Positions 57,675-64,000 of a stretch of 64,000 bases of DNA are shown here, piece by piece. The position numbers and the translations under genes were made by a program. Below the pieces are notes generated by a model. The model worked only from the letters and a program-made list of their open reading frames with translations. It ran no database searches and had not been told where the DNA came from. Positions within the stretch are counted from its first letter, which is position 1, and each line of letters opens with the position of its first letter. This stretch comes from Oligoflexales bacterium (GTDB lineage Bacteria > Bdellovibrionota_B > Oligoflexia > Oligoflexales > CAIYRB01): positions 1-64,000 of the forward strand of contig JBGSUI010000234.1 in NCBI GenBank assembly GCA_041736175.1. Reading direction: 5' to 3'.

Positions 57675-58411
57675 GAGTTTTCAACGACTCCGTAAAGTTT
57701 GTGATCTTGTATATATGTCATCACGCTGTCTTGAATCCAGTTTGGAGGGATTGGTTCTCCGCCTAAGATTGTACCCCTGATCTCAGAGCTGGAGATGTCA
57801 CTGGCCCTTTGGTTTAGAAGTAATGGAGCCAAGGGAGCGAGTGGAGGATGCAGCTCCAAAGATTGGGTCCCTTCCAGAATCTCTTGAATATGTCGGTGGG
57901 CGGACTGAATGGAAAGTTGTTTTTTGGAGTGGGCTGGTGGGGAGACATTTCCCCCAGCAGGTGCAGGTCTACCGACAACGATCAGCTGTACCTTTGAAAG
58001 GATGAGCGCAGGATTTTTCCAAGACCCAAGTCCCCAAAACTGATCTTCGCCGACGATCATGGCAATCCGTGACGGAGGCTCTTGGGGGAGGAGTCTCGAG
58101 ATCGCTTCCAACGTGCGATAGGTGTACTGGGGTGCGGGCAAGGTCGATTCCAAACTGCTTACGGTGACGGAAGGTATGGCTTCAAAGGCCAGCTCACACA
58201 TGGCCAGACGGTGAGTGTAGTCAGCAGCAGCCTTTTTTGAGGGTGATCTAGCGTCCAATGGAGGCGGCGATGGGGTCGGCATCACCAGAATATGACCCTG
58301 GGGGACTGCTTCGAGAACAGTTTCGATGCACATCAGATGTCCAAGGTGTGGGGGGTCGAAGGTTCCCCCAAACAGAATGATCGAGCTTGTTTGTGGCCAT
58401 GGTCGTTCCAT
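57656..58411 (-). CDS. nadD: Nicotinate-nucleotide adenylyltransferase
   Basis: FGGTFDPPHLGH, YT..TL, IVGED, W, ISSSEIR. Confidence 0.93.
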   Translation of the reverse strand: MERPWPQTSSIILFGGTFDPPHLGHLMCIETVLEAVPQGHILVMPTPSPPPLDARSPSKKAAADYTHRLAMCELAFEAIPSVTVSSLESTLPAPQYTYRTLEAISRLLPQEPPSRIAMIVGEDQFWGLGSWKNPALILSKVQLIVVGRPAPAGGNVSPPAHSKKQLSIQSAHRHIQEILEGTQSLELHPPLAPLAPLLLNQRASDISSSEIRGTILGGEPIPPNWIQDSVMTYIQDHKLYGVVENSWNTSK

Positions 58412-59551
58412 TTAGGTCACCACGAGATCACAGGTAGCCACGGGTAGAGACACATTCCACGGAAGGTTTAAGGGTGCAAAGTTGGTGGCAGACGGAGTTT
58501 CGAGAGCAATGGCTGACTCAGCAGCCTCAGCCTGCATGGCTTTGACGGATTTTACGGCGTGATTAAGTCTTCTTGCCAGGTGTTCTAGACCTCGCCCCGT
58601 GATCGCTGAGATGGGGATGACCTCAAGGGGACGCTCTAGGATGAGGTCTTGCTCGACTGTAGCGACGTAGTCATCGTCACAGCAGTCGATTTTATTGAGG
58701 ATGATCATGGAGTGTTTTTTTGCCATTTCCGGGCTGTATTTTTTCAGCTCTTCTCTAAGGATCAAGTAACTTTCGGCTGGGGTTTTTTGTAGATCATCGA
58801 TGTCTAGAACATAGGCGACCACCGAGGTTCTTTCGAGATGTTTCAGAAATTGTAGCCCCAATCCTTTTCCGTCGCTGGCTCCTTCGATCAGTCCAGGAAT
58901 ATCCGCGATAACAAAGGAGTCTCGCTGAAAGGAGCTGACCTCCACATCCACAACCCCGAGTTGGGGGGTGAGGGTGGTAAAGGGATAGTCCGCGATTTTA
59001 GGTTTTGCGGCACTCATTTTACTGAGAAGGGTTGACTTGCCAGCATTGGGAAAGCCAGCGAGACCCACATCGGCGATGAGCTTAAGGTCTAGGGCAAGGT
59101 TCCATGTTTCCCCCGGACCACCCGGTCTAAACTCCTCCGGAGCCTGGTGAGTGGCGGTGGCCCAGTGGGTGTTTCCGAGACCATGTTTTCCGCCCTTGGC
59201 GACGATCAGAGACTGACCTTTTTCGAGGAGTTCGCCGACAACTTCTCCGGTGTCTTCGTTGCGAATCACTGTACCGATGGGTACGGGAATCACCAGATCC
59301 TCACCACAGCGACCTCGGCAGCCATTAGGTCCACCTCTGACACCATCCTCAGAGCGGTATTCGGCTCGGTAGCGGAGGTTGCTAAGGGTGTTTTGCCCAG
59401 GATCGGCTTGGACGACCACATCACCACCCGTGCCGCCATCACCACCGTCTGGTCCTAGCTTAGGTTTGCCTTTAGCAGACTTAAAGCTTGCGATACCGTC
59501 ACCGCCACGTCCTGCTTTAACCATGATTGAAATACTGTCCAAAAACTTCAT
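58412..59551 (-). CDS. obgE: GTPase ObgE/CgtA
   Basis: Gly-rich Obg fold; GFPNAGKSTL, YPFTT, DIPG, NKID. Confidence 0.97.
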   Translation of the reverse strand: MKFLDSISIMVKAGRGGDGIASFKSAKGKPKLGPDGGDGGTGGDVVVQADPGQNTLSNLRYRAEYRSEDGVRGGPNGCRGRCGEDLVIPVPIGTVIRNEDTGEVVGELLEKGQSLIVAKGGKHGLGNTHWATATHQAPEEFRPGGPGETWNLALDLKLIADVGLAGFPNAGKSTLLSKMSAAKPKIADYPFTTLTPQLGVVDVEVSSFQRDSFVIADIPGLIEGASDGKGLGLQFLKHLERTSVVAYVLDIDDLQKTPAESYLILREELKKYSPEMAKKHSMIILNKIDCCDDDYVATVEQDLILERPLEVIPISAITGRGLEHLARRLNHAVKSVKAMQAEAAESAIALETPSATNFAPLNLPWNVSLPVATCDLVVT

Positions 59552-59785
59552 TGCTGTCCCCCCCTGTTTCCCTAGTGTGTCTTGCTCTTTGGATGGGTGA
59601 TGACCACCTGTCCCCTCGAACCCTCAAAAACCACTGGCTATGTTAAAACCACAAAGCGTCCCAGTATTGACCTAAGTGGTTGCCAGCAAACGATTTAAGA
59701 TTCGTATGGTGTTGGTGCTAGTATGGAAACGGCAGCATCTCGAGAAAATTTGCGATAGGTCGGTTCTGGCTTATTTAAACAAGCA

Positions 59786-59802
59786 GGCCCTTGACCAGGG
59801 CC
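59786..59802 (-). terminator. Putative hairpin terminator after rpmA
   Basis: GGCCCT-N5-AGGGCC followed on the minus strand by TGCTTGTTT. Confidence 0.4.
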
Positions 59803-59824
59803 GCTAATCTGGAGAACCAGGAGG

Positions 59825-60094
59825 TTAGGCCCCAGAAGCTACGAGTGGGGTGACGGTCACTTTTTTACGATTTCCGGCGATGGTCTGGTATTTGACGACG
59901 CCATCAACCTTAGAAAATAGAGTGAAGTCTTTTCCCAAGCCCACGTTAAGGCCTGCAAGGAAAGTTCCCCCAACTTGCCGCACAAGAATGCTTCCGGCAG
60001 TCACTTCTTGACCGCCGTAGACTTTAACTCCGCGGTATTGTGGGTTGGAATCGCGCCCGTTTCTTGTACTGCCACCGGCTTTTTTATGTGCCAT
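59825..60094 (-). CDS. rpmA: 50S ribosomal protein L27
   Basis: [16 protein letters not shown]. Confidence 0.99.
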   Translation of the reverse strand: MAHKKAGGSTRNGRDSNPQYRGVKVYGGQEVTAGSILVRQVGGTFLAGLNVGLGKDFTLFSKVDGVVKYQTIAGNRKKVTVTPLVASGA

Positions 60095-60181
60095 CTCACG
60101 TTACCTATTGTTGCCTATGGGTTTGTAAATGTGGAGCATCATGGTCTGAAATGCAACCAGCCACTTTAAGCTCCTACTGGA

Positions 60182-60490
60182 CTATACCGTGATGTCTTTA
60201 ACTTCCAACACTGTCAGGGGCTGTCTGTGGCCTCGGGTGCGCTTGTAGTTTTTGCGGCGCTTGTACTTAAAAATGATGACCTTATCACCTTTTTTTTGTG
60301 CCTTAATCGTCGCTTGGACCGAAGCCCCTTGGACGGTTGGGGCACCAAACCTTACCTGGTCTCCTCCGACCATCAGCACCTTGTCGAAGGTAACGATGTC
60401 ACCAGCTTGGCCCGGTAGACTATCGATGACTAGTTCTTGGCCCACGGCCACTTTGAATTGCCGGCTTCCGGCTTGGATCACTGCGTACAT
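60182..60490 (-). CDS. rplU: 50S ribosomal protein L21
   Basis: MYAVIQAGSRQFKV...KRRKNYKRTRGHRQ; ATG at 60490. Confidence 0.98.
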   Translation of the reverse strand: MYAVIQAGSRQFKVAVGQELVIDSLPGQAGDIVTFDKVLMVGGDQVRFGAPTVQGASVQATIKAQKKGDKVIIFKYKRRKNYKRTRGHRQPLTVLEVKDITV

Positions 60491-60806
60491 TTTGTGTGTC
60501 TTCCTCCACTGGGGCGATACGTCGGTCTCTGAATGCAAGTACCGCAAAGGCGGGTATTATGCTTGGCTAATAAAAGTGTGTCAACTGTAGTTTTTATGGA
60601 AAACCGTGACATCCTAAAGCCACTCAAAGTTTTTTACTTAGGCCCTTTAGGATATTATTCTAGTGAGATAGCTGAGGTCTGAGGGATTCCATCACTCTTT
60701 TTACTGCTTCTAAGGACTAGAGTTTTGCCCTCTTTTTCTGGTAACTTTCAAGTCACGATGGGCCTTCGTAGGCCTTACAACCAGATATATCAAGGAATTT
60801 TCTTTA

Positions 60807-61427
60807 ATGATAAATCTTGTGGACCAGATTCGAGCCATTGAAAAGTCTCTCCTGGGAGCAAATTGTCTCAGTGAGCGGATGGTAGAAGGGATCGCCAAGC
60901 AAGCGCGTCATGTTCAGCGTGAGGCGGATCGAATATGGCTCGAAGGGCAGATCCGCAACCATCGAAAGCTCATGGATATGCCGAAGGGCTTGCCTCCACT
61001 TAAGCCCTCTGGAATTCCCCCTGGAATCTCCCCAGGCGGCTCCTCTGGCATGACTCCAGGTGTGTCGCCTGGGACGCCCCCTGGATTATCAAGACACGGA
61101 GCCAGCGGCGGGCCAGGCTTCGGAGGAGCGGCCATAACCCGGGACCTTCGCCCTGCCACGGCCGATCGCGTCGAGATATCGGTGCGTTTTGAAAACCGCC
61201 CCGTATGGAAACCAGTCCACACCAATCGAGCTATGTTTGTTCTGAAGGCTACGGGCAGGCTTTGGGAGGTTGTCGTACCGGAAAAACAGATGCGTCAAGC
61301 TTTTGAGGTTATGGATGACCATAACAATTGGATTGGACTGGTTCGGGGATATCTTGGTGGGGAGATTGAAGGTGGTTTTGCCATTGAAAACCCTATGATT
61401 CATGTTTACTTAAAACCGCGAACCTAA
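60807..61427 (+). CDS. Hypothetical protein with Gly/Pro-repeat linker and C-terminal beta domain
   Basis: 206-aa ORF; GIPP-GISP-GGSS-GMTP-GVSP-GTPP linker. Confidence 0.7.
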   Translation: MINLVDQIRAIEKSLLGANCLSERMVEGIAKQARHVQREADRIWLEGQIRNHRKLMDMPKGLPPLKPSGIPPGISPGGSSGMTPGVSPGTPPGLSRHGASGGPGFGGAAITRDLRPATADRVEISVRFENRPVWKPVHTNRAMFVLKATGRLWEVVVPEKQMRQAFEVMDDHNNWIGLVRGYLGGEIEGGFAIENPMIHVYLKPRT

Positions 61428-61463
61428 TAGCACCCACACGAAAAAGCCAAAAAAGGGTCATCG

Positions 61464-64000
61464 ATGGACTTAAGTCATGTTTTTGCCCTGGATGTTTATA
61501 GCGAATCGCAGCAGCACAGTGGGTGCCAGTGCCGCACGGCCTCTCCCGCAGCTTTTGCCGGTGCAGAAGCTGAAGATCACTATCCCCGAGATTTGGGTCT
61601 GTCGACTAAGCATCTTGAGATTTATATCCGGGTGAATATCGAAAAAAAATCCATAGCCGTAAACCTCGTACACCATATCATCGCTAACCGGGAGGGCGAG
61701 CGGGAGTTGGTCTTGGATGGCGTTGGCTTTCACGATCTCATGGTTGAAGGGGTTGATGAATCACAAGGCAAAGTGTCTTACAGCTATGATTCTAAGAAAA
61801 TAATCGTTGATTGGGCCGACGTTTTTGTCAAAGACGAAACAAGAAAAATCCGCTTATCCTACGAAGTAGTCGACCCACCAACGGGTCTGTTTTTTATGAG
61901 TCCAACTTCTGAAGACGTCTCGAGACCGACCTATGCAGCCACTGATCATGAGACCGAAAGGGCCCGCTACTGGCTTGCCTGTATCGACTCTCCCAATGTC
62001 AAATCGACCCTCGACTGGCATATTACAGCCTCTGATCAATGGTTCATCTTAGCCAATGGAGCTTTTGTCCACGAAACCAATCTCGGCAATGGAGAAAAAA
62101 CGGTTTTTTGGCAGCTTAAACAGCCCTGCCCTAGCTACTTGGCGTGTTTTGTCGTAGGGGATATGGTCCAGGCAACCCATGGACGGGTGGGCGAGATCCC
62201 TATCGAATCGTTTGCCACCAGAGAGTTTACCTCTCATCACCTTGATTTGTCCTTTGGTCGAACACCAAAGATGCTTGAATGGATGATTGGAAAACTAGGG
62301 GTTGCTTTTCCGTATCCCAAATATTTTCAGTTTGCACTCCCCAACTTTGGGGGAGCGATGGAAAATATTTCCCTTGTCAGCTGGGACGACCAGTTTGTTT
62401 GTACCGAAAAGTCTTTTCATGAACAGTCTTGGCTTACGGACCAGGTTAACGTCCATGAGATGGCCCACTCTTATTTTGGTGATTTAGTTGGATGTCGAGA
62501 TTTCTCCCATGTTTGGCTTAAGGAGTCTTGGGCAACCTATATGGAAACCTGTTGGTTAGAAGATCAAAAGGGCAAAGACGAACAGCTCTACGATTTATGG
62601 CGCAATGGGGGAGGGTATTTTGACGAGGCAGACCAAAAATATATGAGGCCCCTCGTCACCAGGAGATACCAATCCTCGTGGCAGATGTTTGATATGCATC
62701 TTTACCAAGGTGGGGCCTGCCGGCTCCACACCCTTCGGTGCGAGCTGGGGGACAGGGTTTTCTGGCAAGCAGTCCAAGACTATCTCCAAAAATTTCAGAA
62801 TAGCGTGGTGGAGACCAACGATTTTAGGTCCGTCTTAGAGCAGCATAGCGGTCGGTCACTGCAGAAGTTTTTTGACCAATGGTTTTTTGGTGCAGGCTAT
62901 CCTGATCTTAAAGTGGCTTTTTCATACGATAAAAAGCAAAAAAAGGGGACCTTTGAAGTCACCCAAAAGCAGGTGAGTAAAGGCGGCACTGTTTTTGAGT
63001 TGAAAACCAACCTTGGCTGGACTTTCAATAAGGGAAAGGGAGAGCTTGAAAACCTCGTAGCGATTGTCCTCGATAATGAGCGCCAGAGTTTTAGCTTTGC
63101 CATGGATCAGGAGCCCGCACAGGTACGGTTTGATCCCCTTTGTAAGGTCCTCCATAAGCTAGAATTTGATCCCGGCGAAGCCATGTCTCTAGAGCAGTTG
63201 CAAAATAGCACTGACGTGGTTGGTCGGATCCAAGCGGCACAAAATTTGGGTAAGACCGGAAAAAACAAAAATCTGGAGAGTCTTGCCGATCGGTATAAAA
63301 CGGAATCGTTTTGGGGAGTCAAACGGGAAATCATCAAGGTCCTTGCAGACTCCCAGACAGAAAAATCTATTGAGATATTGTTGGGTTTTATGGAAACGGA
63401 GTCAGATCATCTGGTTTTGGACCGGTTGATGTCAGCTCTTGGCCAGTTTCGAGATGAGCGGGTTAAGAAAGCTTTGAGCGACTATCTGCAAAAATCTCAC
63501 TTACCCCCTAAGGCTTGGACCCAGGCGGTGCAGGCTTTGGGGAATCAAAGGGATCCAAAGTTGATCCCTCAGATTAAAGAGGAATTTTTAAAGGATGAAA
63601 GCCCCCAAAAAGCGGTGGCTCGGGCCAGCTTGCAGGCTCTCGGCGCAACGCGGTCCCCTGATGTGTTGCCCTATTTAAAGGAGCAGATAAAGCCCCAGGT
63701 CTTGGGGTACCGGATTAGAAAGGGGGCGGTGTTGGGACTATCCCAGCTCGCGCCTTATGTGGACCGTTTTCTTGTGACTGCTATCGAAGAAAACGTGGCC
63801 GATTTGCTTCGGGATCAAGATAAGTGGGTGCGGGAGGCTGCCGTCCAGGGGATCGGAATCGGTAGGATGACCTCAGCACTAAAACGAGTGAAAAACTATG
63901 GAGCAAGATTGCCGCTCCAAGACAAGCTTGGAGTGGATAAGGTTGTCGAACATCTCTCGGCGGAGGATCCAGGGGGGCGGCAAGGGGCCTTAGAAAAGCA
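61464..64000 (+). CDS. pepN: M1 family aminopeptidase with C-terminal HEAT repeats (truncated by the window edge)
   Basis: Absent from the ORF track; read by hand from ATG 61464; in-frame GAMEN (62352) and HEMAH-x18-E (62454); HEAT-like repeats towards the end; no stop seen. Confidence 0.9.
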   Translation, partial: MDLSHVFALDVYSESQQHSGCQCRTASPAAFAGAEAEDHYPRDLGLSTKHLEIYIRVNIEKKSIAVNLVHHIIANREGERELVLDGVGFHDLMVEGVDESQGKVSYSYDSKKIIVDWADVFVKDETRKIRLSYEVVDPPTGLFFMSPTSEDVSRPTYAATDHETERARYWLACIDSPNVKSTLDWHITASDQWFILANGAFVHETNLGNGEKTVFWQLKQPCPSYLACFVVGDMVQATHGRVGEIPIESFATREFTSHHLDLSFGRTPKMLEWMIGKLGVAFPYPKYFQFALPNFGGAMENISLVSWDDQFVCTEKSFHEQSWLTDQVNVHEMAHSYFGDLVGCRDFSHVWLKESWATYMETCWLEDQKGKDEQLYDLWRNGGGYFDEADQKYMRPLVTRRYQSSWQMFDMHLYQGGACRLHTLRCELGDRVFWQAVQDYLQKFQNSVVETNDFRSVLEQHSGRSLQKFFDQWFFGAGYPDLKVAFSYDKKQKKGTFEVTQKQVSKGGTVFELKTNLGWTFNKGKGELENLVAIVLDNERQSFSFAMDQEPAQVRFDPLCKVLHKLEFDPGEAMSLEQLQNSTDVVGRIQAAQNLGKTGKNKNLESLADRYKTESFWGVKREIIKVLADSQTEKSIEILLGFMETESDHLVLDRLMSALGQFRDERVKKALSDYLQKSHLPPKAWTQAVQALGNQRDPKLIPQIKEEFLKDESPQKAVARASLQALGATRSPDVLPYLKEQIKPQVLGYRIRKGAVLGLSQLAPYVDRFLVTAIEENVADLLRDQDKWVREAAVQGIGIGRMTSALKRVKNYGARLPLQDKLGVDKVVEHLSAEDPGGRQGALEK

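Noticed and set aside
59552..59824. Possible ncRNA or small gene between rpmA and obgE
   Set aside because: Only a short hairpin seen; no recognisable RNA family or credible ORF
1..64000. tRNA, rRNA, CRISPR arrays, IS elements, integrases, prophage genes
   Set aside because: None recognised by eye; intergenic gaps are all about 300 bp or less and lack the hallmark motifs (not confirmed with tRNAscan or Infernal)

Overview
Bacterial chromosomal window. Gene content and order resemble Bdellovibrionota (Oligoflexia-like) or other former Deltaproteobacteria; this is an inference, not a search result. Left to right: two paralogous porin-like genes on the minus strand; a sigma54-preceded flagellar export operon (fliLMNOPQR-flhB-flhA); an MNT-HEPN toxin-antitoxin pair; an AAA ATPase/PD-(D/E)xK gene whose 3' end is duplicated upstream of itself; class I ribonucleotide reductase nrdAB with tandem NrdR boxes; a hydrolase and a DTW gene; sdhCAB-purSQLF; a sigma54-preceded lipoprotein with about 7 Ig-like repeats; a tightly packed four-gene envelope operon; a double pseudo-receiver TPR protein and a His-less Hpt-like protein; the second half of the flagellar cluster (flhF-flhG-fliA-cheY-PilZ-like) about 38 kb from flhA; the conserved rplU-rpmA-obgE-nadD-rsfS-rlmH-comF block; and an M1 aminopeptidase running off the right edge (missing from the ORF track). 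The envelope operon (31596-45647) is the best candidate for an undescribed system. It encodes an AsmA/YdbH-like bridge protein, a YnbE/YdbL-like lipoprotein, a 2725-aa exported TolB-propeller/TPR protein with one catalytically dead and one intact caspase-like CHAT domain, and an orphan lipoprotein. No tRNA, rRNA, CRISPR array, transposase or integrase was recognised.
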